Shown here: positions 8,545 through 17,917 of the stretch, one piece after another | How positions within the stretch are numbered: the first letter of the stretch is position 1 | How the letters are laid out: each line of letters begins with the position of its first letter | Virus record (IMG/VR): IMGVR_UViG_3300025892_000021 | Coordinates: 1 to 61,364 of that record | Reading direction: 5' to 3' (one strand) | From: a virus | Taxonomy: Duplodnaviria; Caudoviricetes | DNA length: 61,364 nucleotides | Position numbers and translations under genes: made by a program | Notes under the pieces: generated by a model | Told to the model about the DNA's origin: nothing | The model's database searches: none | Seen by the model: the letters and a program-made list of their open reading frames with translations, nothing else

Positions 8545-8740
8545 ATTTATTTAATGCTTCAAGTTCATCATTTGCAGTTGCAAGCTCAGAAATAGCATCT
8601 TTAGCATTATTATAAAAATCATCAGTCGAATGATCTCCTATACCAACCGATTTTTCATCCATAAGATGTAAGGTTAGTAAAGCCTTAGACTTTCTAGCTT
8701 CAATATCTGACTTTAACATATTGTATAATTTAGTGTTCAT
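8525..8740 (-). CDS. conserved phage hypothetical (VGIGDH motif)
   Basis: KALLTLHL...SVGIGDHS helical family; likely start MNTKLY at 8740. Confidence 0.65.
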   Translation of the reverse strand: MNTKLYNMLKSDIEARKSKALLTLHLMDEKSVGIGDHSTDDFYNNAKDAISELATANDELEALNKYVEEDV

Positions 8741-8745
8741 AATGT

Positions 8746-9039
8746 TTAATTTATTTGTTTCAATCCTGCTCTCTTTCTGCACTCTATATTTGATTTGTAT
8801 AACTCTTGTTGATACTTTAGTTCGCTTTCTGCTCCTTGTAAAGTAAAGATAGCTTTGTCTTCAGTAATTCTTCCATCAAGTACCATACTAACACAATTCA
8901 CTACTTCTCTTGCAGTAACTCGATAAGGAAAATTTCTGCAAATAAACTTATAAAACTTACCACTTATTTTGCCGTGCTTTAGTTTTCTATGCAAGAATTT
9001 TCTGTATTTGCAATTTTTAGTATTATGTAAAGTTTTCAT
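8746..9039 (-). CDS. hypothetical protein
   Basis: 97-aa basic ORF. Confidence 0.6.
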   Translation of the reverse strand: MKTLHNTKNCKYRKFLHRKLKHGKISGKFYKFICRNFPYRVTAREVVNCVSMVLDGRITEDKAIFTLQGAESELKYQQELYKSNIECRKRAGLKQIN

Positions 9040-9042
9040 TAT

Positions 9043-9342
9043 TTACCAATCAATAGGTTCTTTCATTTTATTTATTTGAAGTTTGGTTTCTTCAGAAAAT
9101 TCTCTATCTGCGTCAACTCTCCACTCTGCATCTTCACCTTCGGGGTAATCAATATAGCAATAATGAGTAACATCTCCTGTTAAGAATCCTGCTTCGCAAC
9201 CAAATACATGGTTATTTGAACTAGGATAGCCTTCATCCCTACCATAATAAAAACCTGTCCATACTCCCGTGCCTTCAAAGAAGTAAAGCAATCTCTTTCC
9301 CTCTTCGGGAGTTTTGTCTTCAACTTTAATCCAATTAATCAT
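9043..9342 (-). CDS. DUF551-like protein
   Basis: NWIKVEDKTPE...VTHYCYIDYP. Confidence 0.7.
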   Translation of the reverse strand: MINWIKVEDKTPEEGKRLLYFFEGTGVWTGFYYGRDEGYPSSNNHVFGCEAGFLTGDVTHYCYIDYPEGEDAEWRVDADREFSEETKLQINKMKEPIDW

Positions 9343-9503
9343 TTATTCGTAGTATCCCATACTTTCCCATCTTTGTCAAGATCAGAACTCCAAATCATTA
9401 ACTTTTTATAAACAGGATAAAGGAATGCAAGGTAGTCGCAATACAAAAATACACTAACTAAATGCCCCAATAAATAAAGTAATCTGCTTAAAAGTGATTT
9501 CAA
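9339..9503 (-). CDS. small membrane protein (54 aa, TTG start, not in track)
   Basis: KSLLSRLLYLLGHLVSVFLYCDYLAFLYPVYKKLMIWSSDLDKDGKVW. Confidence 0.5.
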   Translation of the reverse strand: MKSLLSRLLYLLGHLVSVFLYCDYLAFLYPVYKKLMIWSSDLDKDGKVWDTTNK

Positions 9504-9505
9504 AT

Positions 9506-9697
9506 TTATCTTTTAATTTTATGAATTATTGAAAGTATACCCGCCTCATTTTTTGTATGAAGTTGTTCTCCATTTACAAAAGTAACCTTCCACCATTTTT
9601 CTTTCTTCTTAACAGGATCAACACGTTCTTTAATATAAACTACATTTTTAGGATTAATATAGTATTTTTCATTATTTGAATCTTCTATTTGTATCAT
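9506..9697 (-). CDS. FlbD-like small beta protein
   Basis: YYINPKNVVYIKE...VTFVNG pattern. Confidence 0.55.
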   Translation of the reverse strand: MIQIEDSNNEKYYINPKNVVYIKERVDPVKKKEKWWKVTFVNGEQLHTKNEAGILSIIHKIKR

Positions 9698-9987
9698 TAG
9701 TCAAACATATCTCCTTCGTCTATTTTATACAAATCATTTTGCCAATCTTCCACCTTTTTGTCAACCATTTTTTGCTCTGTTTGTTTTAAATGACCTTGTC
9801 TATTATCATTTATTTCTTCTTGGGTAAACCACTTATATTCTGAATTAATTAATTCATCTACATTGCTTGGATGATACCCCATGCTTACCATTAGACCCTT
9901 GAACATATCTGCCAAACTTTCTACATCTACATCCTCATCAGTTTCGACGCTAAAAGTCTTACCATAATTAGTTATTGTTATTTTCAT
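9697..9987 (-). CDS. hypothetical protein, paralog of 9988 gene
   Basis: MKITI...SVET...MFKGLMVSMGY. Confidence 0.65.
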   Translation of the reverse strand: MKITITNYGKTFSVETDEDVDVESLADMFKGLMVSMGYHPSNVDELINSEYKWFTQEEINDNRQGHLKQTEQKMVDKKVEDWQNDLYKIDEGDMFD

Positions 9988-10176
9988 TTACTTAGAGTTG
10001 TGAATTAAGCGAGTTTCCAATGCTCCTTTAAGGCAACCATCTATTTTTTCTTCAGAGTGTCCTATGCCCATAAGTAGACCTTTAAAATACAAAATCATGT
10101 GATATAGGTCTTTGCTATTTGGATTATTACTTTCAACACTATGAGTTTCATCATCTATTTCAATTAATATTTTCAT
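9988..10176 (-). CDS. hypothetical protein, paralog of 9697 gene
   Basis: MKILI...SVES...YFKGLLMGIGH; start at ATG 10176. Confidence 0.6.
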   Translation of the reverse strand: MKILIEIDDETHSVESNNPNSKDLYHMILYFKGLLMGIGHSEEKIDGCLKGALETRLIHNSK

Positions 10177-10310
10177 TTTTTTTTCCAATTTATTTGTTCG
10201 TAATTTTTTTTAAAATTTTCTGATATATTTCTAGGAGAATCTCCTTTACCATTCTGATTTTTTGGTTTAGATTTTACTTGTTTAACTTTCTTCTTTGATT
10301 TCTCCTTCAT
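10173..10310 (-). CDS. small basic phage protein (GKGDSPR motif, 45 aa, not in track)
   Basis: ...NGKGDSPRNISENFKKNYEQINWKKK. Confidence 0.55.
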   Translation of the reverse strand: MKEKSKKKVKQVKSKPKNQNGKGDSPRNISENFKKNYEQINWKKK

Positions 10311-10581
10311 TTCCATATAGTTCATCTAGGGTTATTGCTTCAGATTTTTCATTCTCATTATAAAGCGGAGCAAATTTTATTTCTTCATAGTTTAAAACAT
10401 TATAATAAGATTTGTTTGCATCGTCAAGCATTAATCTTAATGTTTGCAATATATCTTCGGGGCTTTCACCTATGATTTCAGAGTTTTCAGAGTGTGCTGA
10501 AATTTTCCCATCATCATTATATATTACTTCATATAGCCCATAAGAATCATCTTTGTTTTTAATTATTCTATAATTCCACAT
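10282..10581 (-). CDS. conserved phage hypothetical
   Basis: MWNYRIIK...YGLYEVIYN motif. Confidence 0.65.
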   Translation of the reverse strand: MWNYRIIKNKDDSYGLYEVIYNDDGKISAHSENSEIIGESPEDILQTLRLMLDDANKSYYNVLNYEEIKFAPLYNENEKSEAITLDELYGNEGEIKEES

Positions 10582-10814
10582 TACTTAATGTTACCCCCAT
10601 GTTTTTCATCTAAATAACTCATTAACTCCATAAAGATATTTAATGTGGGATTATTTTTTTCAACATATTCAAAAGCCTCTTCTTCAGAAAGATTTCTATT
10701 TAGTAAAGTTTGAGGCGCGGATACTCTCACTCCATCTTTAGTGAAAACCATTATAGCCTCTTCTTTATTTAAAAGTATTTTTGTTCCTTTTTTGTTTTGT
10801 CCTAATATTTTCAT
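10581..10814 (-). CDS. hypothetical protein
   Basis: 77-aa ORF. Confidence 0.6.
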   Translation of the reverse strand: MKILGQNKKGTKILLNKEEAIMVFTKDGVRVSAPQTLLNRNLSEEEAFEYVEKNNPTLNIFMELMSYLDEKHGGNIK

Positions 10815-10817
10815 AAT

Positions 10818-11264
10818 TTAATATATATAAAATGCTCCATCTCTTAAAAATTCAATAAACTCTTTGAGATAACTTTTGTTAGATTCTCCCGAAAATCTAG
10901 TAACTAGAGCGGATTGCTCTTGATTCCAAATCTTTGCTCTCTCTTTAAGAAATTTATCATCAATGGGTATTGTCTCCCTTTCTTCTACTCTCTCATCGGG
11001 TATATCGTCTAGGGAAGACTCTAAGGCATCGCTAAAGGCTTTTGCATCTTCAGCAATAACTTTTTGACCATTATTTCCAAAATATCTTCCCCCATGATTT
11101 TTTTGAAATTCTTCATAGTCTTTATAGTTTTCAAATCTACCTTTATCTATTTGAGTTCCTTGTGGTTTCCAATCGTAAGCTAAAGCTAAATTAATAACTT
11201 CTGCCCAACCCCACATATTCCATCTAAAATATTTATTATTTTCGTTTGTTAAATCGTATCCCAT
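10818..11264 (-). CDS. hypothetical protein
   Basis: MGYDL...FRWNMWGW...FIEFLRDGAFYIY; likely start 11264. Confidence 0.7.
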   Translation of the reverse strand: MGYDLTNENNKYFRWNMWGWAEVINLALAYDWKPQGTQIDKGRFENYKDYEEFQKNHGGRYFGNNGQKVIAEDAKAFSDALESSLDDIPDERVEERETIPIDDKFLKERAKIWNQEQSALVTRFSGESNKSYLKEFIEFLRDGAFYIY

Positions 11265-11266
11265 GA

Positions 11267-11509
11267 TTATTTTTTTTTTATATTTTTTGACCAAATTCCC
11301 AAATAAGGATCGAAAGAGTGATTATCAAACCAATCATCATCTATTCCTAAAAATTCTTGTAACTCAACAAAAGAAGTGCAATCGTTAGGATTGAAATCTG
11401 AGCTAGTCATACTATTAACATCATAACCAACTTGAGCAACCAATCCCTTTAAGTGGTGCATAAAATCGTTCATTCCGAAATTTTCTTTTCTGTAATCATG
11501 TATATTCAT
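11267..11509 (-). CDS. hypothetical protein
   Basis: likely start MNIHDY at 11509. Confidence 0.55.
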   Translation of the reverse strand: MNIHDYRKENFGMNDFMHHLKGLVAQVGYDVNSMTSSDFNPNDCTSFVELQEFLGIDDDWFDNHSFDPYLGIWSKNIKKK

Positions 11510-11537
11510 ATTTATATATATTTTTATCAACCGCTTT

Positions 11538-11816
11538 CTAGTTCCAATCAAAATCTACTGACGTAGCAAAAGCCAATCTATCTTTCCAAGGATTACCATA
11601 TTTATCAACTTGATTAGGGTCGGTGATTTTTACTATGATATTTGCACCCCAAGGATTTAATTCTTCTCCATCGGTAGAGTAATCACAATCAATATTCAAT
11701 GTAGGACTATCTTCTACATGAATATCTTCTTTGTAATCAAGAAACCAAACAGGTACAGACAACCCCTCTTCGACTAAATCTTCTCTAATTGTTAAATGAC
11801 TATCTTTTACGCTCAT
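11538..11816 (-). CDS. hypothetical protein
   Basis: 92-aa acidic ORF. Confidence 0.6.
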   Translation of the reverse strand: MSVKDSHLTIREDLVEEGLSVPVWFLDYKEDIHVEDSPTLNIDCDYSTDGEELNPWGANIIVKITDPNQVDKYGNPWKDRLAFATSVDFDWN

Positions 11817-11817
11817 A

Positions 11818-12003
11818 TTATTTTTTATTTGTATTGTTTAAACTTAAACCTAGTTCTTCTCTGATATATCTTTTCTTTTCGCCATTCAAGAGTAATTGTT
11901 TATTTAATTTAAATGCTTCTGTCTTCGTCATTAAAATTGGTCTTTGTGGTAAAATTGGGTTTGCTTTATCCCAATCAACTGCAATGTAAGATATAAAGCT
12001 CAT
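11818..12003 (-). CDS. hypothetical protein
   Basis: 61-aa ORF. Confidence 0.55.
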   Translation of the reverse strand: MSFISYIAVDWDKANPILPQRPILMTKTEAFKLNKQLLLNGEKKRYIREELGLSLNNTNKK

Positions 12004-12020
12004 CTTGGCAATAGTATTGC

Positions 12021-12230
12021 TTATTTAGCAATATACATGGCATCAATTTCTTCAAGCTCATCTCCGTAAGGATAAACTCTGACTCTTAATTCGTCAGCAT
12101 CGTTTACGATCTGAAGAGAGTAGTCTCCGACTTTAAGCCAAGCAAAGTGGTTAGTCATTTCAAAATCTTCTCCTTGATCGTTGCTAGGTACAATATTGTA
12201 CATTTTACTATCTTGTGCATTCACATTCAT
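12021..12230 (-). CDS. hypothetical protein
   Basis: 69-aa ORF. Confidence 0.6.
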   Translation of the reverse strand: MNVNAQDSKMYNIVPSNDQGEDFEMTNHFAWLKVGDYSLQIVNDADELRVRVYPYGDELEEIDAMYIAK

Positions 12231-12786
12231 ATCTATTCTCCATTAATTGTTTAATTTTATCTTTAACTTGATACCAAAGTTCTTTAGAATCATCTTTTAA
12301 CTTTTGTATTCCATAATCATACCAAACTTCGCAAATTCTGTCAATGTTTTTATCATCGGGTTTTACAATAAAATGATTCCAATTTTTTTCTCCATCAATT
12401 ATTTCTTGCTCAATCCATTCAGCAGGAAAACCATCGGGGAAATACATTAATTTATTATTATGTGCGAATTCCCTAGCAAGAGAAACGAAACTTCCCTCTG
12501 TTTTATGGCATTCGTAATAGTTTGAATCTTTGCCCCAAGATTCATAAGTGCTAATATAAAATTCAAAAGTATCTTTAATTGCAACGCTTTCTTGTCTCCA
12601 CTTTGGTTGCTCTTCATCTCCATGCTCTACAAGTTCAACACTATGTTCTTTGCCGTACCATTTCATATGAGACATAACCTTTTTGCTAGAATAAGCTAAA
12701 CTTTTAAACTCCTCTAAGAGTTGTTTGTTAGACTTGGTAGTCTGTGTCGTTCTTTTGAAACTTGTTGTGTGTCCTTCTCCACTCAT
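12208..12786 (-). CDS. hypothetical protein (short leader)
   Basis: 192 aa; promoter at 12796-12824. Confidence 0.7.
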   Translation of the reverse strand: MSGEGHTTSFKRTTQTTKSNKQLLEEFKSLAYSSKKVMSHMKWYGKEHSVELVEHGDEEQPKWRQESVAIKDTFEFYISTYESWGKDSNYYECHKTEGSFVSLAREFAHNNKLMYFPDGFPAEWIEQEIIDGEKNWNHFIVKPDDKNIDRICEVWYDYGIQKLKDDSKELWYQVKDKIKQLMENRYECECTR

Positions 12787-12795
12787 AATATAAAT

Positions 12796-12824
12796 ACTTT
12801 ACTAAAATATAAATTATTTGTCAA
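12796..12824 (-). promoter_or_regulatory. sigma70 promoter
   Basis: TTGACA-N17-TAAAGT-N9-ATG. Confidence 0.7.
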
Positions 12825-13212
12825 GCTCAAATTCTACCTCAAAATTGCCGTAACTCTTATTATAACTAAATAAATATTGCTCTCTATCTGTATCTATTTG
12901 ATGATACTTATTTTCTTGAGTTGGTGGATTAACTGCATAGCAAGCTACATCCCAAGACCATGTGCTAGGGTCAGTATATTCATACTCTCCCGAACCATCT
13001 TGCTTGACTACGCACCACTCGTCTCCACAATGAATATTGTAATCTACATAATTACCATCTCCCAAGTCATAGCTATGCCAATAATCAAAGTTATCTCCTT
13101 CAGTTTTAACTTCGGGATTTGATATAACTTTTTTGATATGAGCTAATGCTAGATCAATTATTGCTAACTGAACTTTTTCGGGTGCTTTCCAAGTTTCTAT
13201 TGTGCTAATCAT
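12814..13212 (-). CDS. hypothetical protein
   Basis: 132-aa ORF. Confidence 0.7.
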   Translation of the reverse strand: MISTIETWKAPEKVQLAIIDLALAHIKKVISNPEVKTEGDNFDYWHSYDLGDGNYVDYNIHCGDEWCVVKQDGSGEYEYTDPSTWSWDVACYAVNPPTQENKYHQIDTDREQYLFSYNKSYGNFEVEFELDK

Positions 13213-13447
13213 TGTTTACCTTTCCTTCTTTATTTGAAATTGTTCCATTTGCTAAAAGTGTCTCAAAAGTATTCCATAGTTTTTCATATCTAACTTTATT
13301 TAAAGCTATAATGCCGATAAGGATATTGAGTATCTCGTCTTCTGTTGGTGAAACAGGAGAATCTCCTATTCTATACAATAGAGTCTCTAACTCTTCATTG
13401 TTAGTAAACACATCACTTATAGCTTCTTCTAAATCAAATCTATCCAT
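13205..13447 (-). CDS. conserved phage hypothetical
   Basis: MDRFDLEEAI...NILIGI...KLWNTFE; promoter TTGACA-N17-TAGAGT at 13457-13485. Confidence 0.7.
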   Translation of the reverse strand: MDRFDLEEAISDVFTNNEELETLLYRIGDSPVSPTEDEILNILIGIIALNKVRYEKLWNTFETLLANGTISNKEGKVNND

Positions 13448-13481
13448 AATAAAGACACTCTAACACAAAAATAAAAATGTG

Positions 13482-14564
13482 TCAAGGTTTTTTAATTGTT
13501 TTTCCTATTAAATTTTCTCTTAGTAATCTTATGGCTTTATCTTTACCTTTAACTTCACATTCCCATTTAGCCTCTTGATCGGGATTGATGGCAATAATTG
13601 GAGGTGAATATCTATACGAAAAGTATTCAGCATGAGCGCGAGGTTTATCGGGGCAACCTTCAGACCAATGAAAGACAGGGGCAATAAAATCACCTTCTTC
13701 TAAAATTCTACCTTCACTATTTTGATTTACCCAAGTATAAGCACATCTCTCTGCTTGCCATTGTATGTCTAAAACTTCAGAAGGATTGCAAATATCATGA
13801 AGATTGTCATAACAAACAGGTAAGTTGAATTTAAATTGTTGAAAAATGTAATCGCTAAACTTAATTATATTGTCAACATTCCATGATCCACGATCTTCAT
13901 TTTCTATTGTTAATCTATTATAAACCCCACTATCACATTTCATTAAGTTGTCATAAAAACACTCTGCGACTTCAGAAATCTGATAATTTAAAAAAGATTC
14001 GGGGTCAACACCCTCCTTAACATCCTCATGTTCTGCTCTAGGCAAAGGAGCATTAATGTGAATATTCATTGGTGCAGTATGATCTTGAGGAAGACCTAAC
14101 ATATCAAGAACACTAGCTTGAAAATTTAATTCTTTTATAGTTCTATCTATTGCATCTAAGTTTTTAGACGCAAGAACATTAAATTGATCGGGATGAGAGC
14201 CAATGGATATACCGAAATCTTTTGCTATCTTACCTGCGAATTTTAATTCTTCTTGTATTTCTAATTTATTTGGCAAATCCTCAAGAGAAACGTTCGTAGC
14301 ATCATCAGTAATAAGAGGAAACAGAGCGGAGCTAAGACGATAATGTAAGATGTTATTTTGAGCGCAATGACGAATAATGTAACGAGTAGTGAGAGCATTA
14401 TGCAAAATCTTTTCTGATAATTGTTCGATAGCTTCATCTTTACTATCTTTTACACAAATATCATTGAATCTTCTGCGAGTCATTGTTCTAAAAGAATATT
14501 TAGCTTTATCTTTTTCTTTTAGCTCTTCGCTAATGCAGGTAAGTCCTAAAATAGTATTTTTCAT
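13482..14564 (-). CDS. uvsE: UV damage endonuclease UvsE/UvdE
   Basis: YRLSSALFP, SHPDQFNVLAS, IENED, YDNLHD, HWSE, AHAEY, ECEVKGKDKA motifs; promoter TTGACT-N17-GAAGGT at 14573-14601. Confidence 0.9.
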   Translation of the reverse strand: MKNTILGLTCISEELKEKDKAKYSFRTMTRRRFNDICVKDSKDEAIEQLSEKILHNALTTRYIIRHCAQNNILHYRLSSALFPLITDDATNVSLEDLPNKLEIQEELKFAGKIAKDFGISIGSHPDQFNVLASKNLDAIDRTIKELNFQASVLDMLGLPQDHTAPMNIHINAPLPRAEHEDVKEGVDPESFLNYQISEVAECFYDNLMKCDSGVYNRLTIENEDRGSWNVDNIIKFSDYIFQQFKFNLPVCYDNLHDICNPSEVLDIQWQAERCAYTWVNQNSEGRILEEGDFIAPVFHWSEGCPDKPRAHAEYFSYRYSPPIIAINPDQEAKWECEVKGKDKAIRLLRENLIGKTIKKP

Positions 14565-14630
14565 ATCCCCCTACCTTCTCATAAGGAGCAAATAAAGTCA
14601 AGACAAAAGTTTTATTTTCTTTTTGGCTTA

Positions 14631-14822
14631 TTACCAATTTTTAACTATATTTGCCATTATAAAGAAACAAGTTGTTATATTTACAACGACTATAATCGTT
14701 CTTAGGATTAAGCTAACTCTAGCTTCACTCAAGGAAAGAATGGGAATATCGGGTTGATCTTCATCCGTCTTTCCAACTCTATGATCTAGGGTTCTAGCCC
14801 AAATTAACCAAAGTTTTTTCAT
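14631..14822 (-). CDS. small membrane protein
   Basis: KKLWLIWARTL...LRTIIVVVNITTCFFIMANIVKNW, single TM. Confidence 0.65.
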   Translation of the reverse strand: MKKLWLIWARTLDHRVGKTDEDQPDIPILSLSEARVSLILRTIIVVVNITTCFFIMANIVKNW

Positions 14823-15271
14823 CGTCTTGAATCTACTATTTGTTTATAATATTTTTTGTCCCAAAAGTTGTAATAATTTGTTTTATGCAACTTGTCTGAA
14901 TATTTATTTAATTCACTTAATTTTTGTATCAATAATATAGCATACTCTTTATTATTTGTCTCCACTCCGTTTATTTTATTTATTTGATTGGGGTGATCCC
15001 ATATAAGCCATAAGTCTTTGTCTTTTGAATATTGTTCGTGTGTGTCGCAAAACCATTGAAGCCATTCAGTATCGTATTTGTCTTTATTTCCATATATGAG
15101 ATATAGCATTGGATGTTTTTTATTATCCATGCACTTAATAGCATCAACCCAAAAATCTTTAGATTCTATTATTTCTATTTTATCTAAAAAACTTTTAGCG
15201 AATGGACAAATTGCATGACCGCCAAGCTCATCTCTTTTTAAAGATATATAATCTATATAACCTTTAATCAC
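14819..15271 (-). CDS. DUF1415-like protein
   Basis: ICPFAK, DHP and LLIQKLSEL motifs. Confidence 0.55.
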   Translation of the reverse strand: MIKGYIDYISLKRDELGGHAICPFAKSFLDKIEIIESKDFWVDAIKCMDNKKHPMLYLIYGNKDKYDTEWLQWFCDTHEQYSKDKDLWLIWDHPNQINKINGVETNNKEYAILLIQKLSELNKYSDKLHKTNYYNFWDKKYYKQIVDSRR

Positions 15272-15662
15272 TTTTAATTATTTCCCAACGATTATCATAA
15301 TTTAATCTAAAAGTACCTTGATGTTTTTCTCCCCAAGAGCATTCATTAGGAGCAAATAAACTCATAAAATATCTTCCATTATCTTTTTTATATAAATGAT
15401 ATATTTGCCCAATAACAGGTTTCATTCTCATCTCTGCATTAAATATTATTTCGTTCCATTTAACATCTTCAGCTAATTCTTCTAATTCTTTTTTTAATTT
15501 ATTAAATCTTTCTTCGTAGTGTTTGTTTGCAGAATGTACTGCACCAACTTTCCATCCACCAAGACTATGGTCGGGTTTAATTACAGGTGCAGATAAATTA
15601 CTTGCATAAGGTAAGGCATAAGCGTTTGGGACATAATTATCGGGCAATTCTTTTTCACTCAT
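15264..15662 (-). CDS. DUF2452-like protein
   Basis: LPYASNLSAPVIKP...KPVIGQIYHLY...SLFAPNE. Confidence 0.7.
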   Translation of the reverse strand: MSEKELPDNYVPNAYALPYASNLSAPVIKPDHSLGGWKVGAVHSANKHYEERFNKLKKELEELAEDVKWNEIIFNAEMRMKPVIGQIYHLYKKDNGRYFMSLFAPNECSWGEKHQGTFRLNYDNRWEIIKSD

Positions 15663-16441
15663 CTAAAAAAATGCTCATCATCATATCTTTTTATCTTATC
15701 AAGGTCTTTTGTCTTTTCTATTTTAGAATCTCTCTCGCATAAAAACTTATAATGTTCTATATCATTAGACCACACGTCGCCATTCCAAAACTCAAATCCC
15801 TCGTAATCTGATTTATAGATACAAGATTTTTCGTAACCAAAACCTAAATACATATAATCTTTTTTTTGATCAATGCAATAATCTATCTCTGCTAAATTAG
15901 CATATTTGCCAAGATATAATTTTGGATTCTCATAATCCCATGCAAATTGAGTAGAAAAAACACTATTTGAGCCGACATCTCTCAAGAAAGTAAATGCAAT
16001 AGGACTGCCATTTACATAATAAAGAATAAAATATTTTTTATATTTCTCTCTTTTAATTAAAGGTTCTAAGTCCCAACTTTTAAAGCCTCTATATTTAGTA
16101 TATTTATCAAATATAGAAGTTAAAGTATTTAAATTAATGTCATCAGCACGAACAATCTCTGTAGCAACGTCTTTACATTTTTTTCTAGCTTTCCTTGTTC
16201 TTCTAGTATCTTTAAATAAACTTAAATCAATTCTTGTTTGTCTAGCTTGATACCAATCAGATTTATCTTCTTCAAAGCTATTTGACATTTTTTTAGGTTC
16301 TGTATAGTCATCGGGCAACCAACCTCCTTGCAGGGCTATCTCTTCTTCATATGAGCCAACTTTAGCCATGCAATCAAAAAATAAATAATCATATTCAGTT
16401 ATTGCACCGCAATAATGTTTAAAGTAAATCTTCATTGTCAA
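15659..16441 (-). CDS. Ate1/Bpt-like aminoacyl-tRNA-protein transferase (GNAT fold)
   Basis: GWL...WYQARQTRIDL..F N-part; C-terminal WDYENPKLYLGKYANLAEI...YMYLG...YKSDY resembles ATE_C/Bpt. Confidence 0.7.
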   Translation of the reverse strand: MTMKIYFKHYCGAITEYDYLFFDCMAKVGSYEEEIALQGGWLPDDYTEPKKMSNSFEEDKSDWYQARQTRIDLSLFKDTRRTRKARKKCKDVATEIVRADDINLNTLTSIFDKYTKYRGFKSWDLEPLIKREKYKKYFILYYVNGSPIAFTFLRDVGSNSVFSTQFAWDYENPKLYLGKYANLAEIDYCIDQKKDYMYLGFGYEKSCIYKSDYEGFEFWNGDVWSNDIEHYKFLCERDSKIEKTKDLDKIKRYDDEHFFR

Positions 16442-16787
16442 AATTAGATCTATCTAAAAATTTATAACCTAATGATTTTGGTTTTAAATTAGATATATAT
16501 TTAAGCACCACATCTTTATCGAAGTATTTACAACTATAAATATCAAGTTGAACTAAATTAGGATTGGATTCTTCCCAAGAGTGCAGACTAATATGACTTG
16601 TAGTTATAAGACAAAAAGCACTTATTCCTTCATTGTCTTTTTTGTCGCATCTTACAGCTCTAGGAGCATATAAAATCTCCATATTTATTTCTTTTACTAA
16701 TTGTCTTATCCAAGATTTAGTAAAATCTATATTTGTGAAAGGAGTTTTTTCAAAAGTAGCATTGACAAGTAAATGATTGTGATCCAT
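16419..16787 (-). CDS. speD: S-adenosylmethionine decarboxylase proenzyme
   Basis: HLL...GISAFCLITT-SHISLHSW...LDIYSC self-cleavage motif. Confidence 0.85.
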   Translation of the reverse strand: MDHNHLLVNATFEKTPFTNIDFTKSWIRQLVKEINMEILYAPRAVRCDKKDNEGISAFCLITTSHISLHSWEESNPNLVQLDIYSCKYFDKDVVLKYISNLKPKSLGYKFLDRSNFDNEDLL

Positions 16788-16867
16788 TATTTATTCCACT
16801 TGTATGACTCTCTAATGCAAAAAAAATATAATATAGATAGTAATCCAATAACAATTATAGCCTCCAT
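16787..16867 (-). CDS. 26-aa single-TM peptide (not in track)
   Basis: MEAIIVIGLLSILYFFCIRESYKWNK; TAATG coupling on both sides. Confidence 0.5.
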   Translation of the reverse strand: MEAIIVIGLLSILYFFCIRESYKWNK

Positions 16868-17070
16868 TATTTTTCGTCTCCTTGTCTCCAGTTTATGCAC
16901 CACTTATAGCTTTGAACTCCTGTGATTTTCCCCCTATCTTCTTCTTTTATTTGAGAAACTGCACTTCGTAAATTAGTTTGTAATGTATCAATCAAAACAT
17001 AAAGTTCTGATATTTGCTTGTCTTTTCTAATTAATTCCAATGTATATTTTGTATCTTTATTCATTACCAA
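16867..17070 (-). CDS. hypothetical protein
   Basis: 67-aa ORF. Confidence 0.55.
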   Translation of the reverse strand: MVMNKDTKYTLELIRKDKQISELYVLIDTLQTNLRSAVSQIKEEDRGKITGVQSYKWCINWRQGDEK

Positions 17071-17378
17071 ATAGATAGTTTGCCTCTTAATACATCAAAA
17101 AACATTAACCAATCACAAGCTTTAGCTTTTAGTGTGGTTTTGCCTCCGTCTTTTACTCCTTCTAATGCTAGAGGTTTGTTTTTTTCAAAAATACGATGTC
17201 CCGACCAAGCAAAAGGATAAACAACAAAAGGGATCAAGGGAATTAAATACCAATGCCATTCGTAAAAAACATAAAACGCAAATCCAAGTGTAAAAAGCTG
17301 ACCTATAAAGTGCAATAATCTACATTTAGGATTTTGATGTTTAGTTAAATAAAACTCGTAATATTCTTTACTTATCAT
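17064..17378 (-). CDS. DUF962/Mpo1-like membrane protein
   Basis: FYLTKHQNPKCRLLHFIG...YPFAWSGH..FEKNKP. Confidence 0.8.
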   Translation of the reverse strand: MISKEYYEFYLTKHQNPKCRLLHFIGQLFTLGFAFYVFYEWHWYLIPLIPFVVYPFAWSGHRIFEKNKPLALEGVKDGGKTTLKAKACDWLMFFDVLRGKLSIW

Positions 17379-17382
17379 GATA

Positions 17383-17886
17383 TTAAAATTTATTATAATT
17401 TTCTTCTACTATTTTTCTAGCAAAATCTGCCTCATGCCAATCTTTAACTTCAACTACTTTATTATTTAAGTCTTTATAATGAGAAAAGAAATTTTGACAT
17501 ATTTTCAAAAATTGAGGATCAATATCAGACAATCCTTTATATTCTCTAACATGAGATATTGGAGTTCCAAGAATTTTCCAATCTTTTTCTCCATCATCCT
17601 CCATATCTAAGACACCAATGACTCTACATTCAACAATAGTACCCCTATCTATTGGAGTGTTATTGTACACCAATAAATCTAAAGCATCTCCGTCTTCAGC
17701 TTTTGTGCTTGGAATAAACCCATAACTAGATGGGTATACCATAGCGCTAATTAAACTTCTGTCATAAATAAAAGCCTCTAAATCGGGGCGATATTCATAT
17801 TTGACATTAGTATCTTTAGGTATTTCTATAACTCCATAAACTCTATTTGGAGAATTTGGATGTTTTGATATGTTGTATAAGTTCAA
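17383..17886 (-). CDS. ppa: family I inorganic pyrophosphatase
   Basis: IEIPK...KYE...DR...YPSSYGFIP.T.AEDGDALD...D.D.KIL...FFSHYK. Confidence 0.93.
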   Translation of the reverse strand: MNLYNISKHPNSPNRVYGVIEIPKDTNVKYEYRPDLEAFIYDRSLISAMVYPSSYGFIPSTKAEDGDALDLLVYNNTPIDRGTIVECRVIGVLDMEDDGEKDWKILGTPISHVREYKGLSDIDPQFLKICQNFFSHYKDLNNKVVEVKDWHEADFARKIVEENYNKF

Positions 17887-17917
17887 TATTTAATATAATA
17901 ACTTTAATAGTTACATT

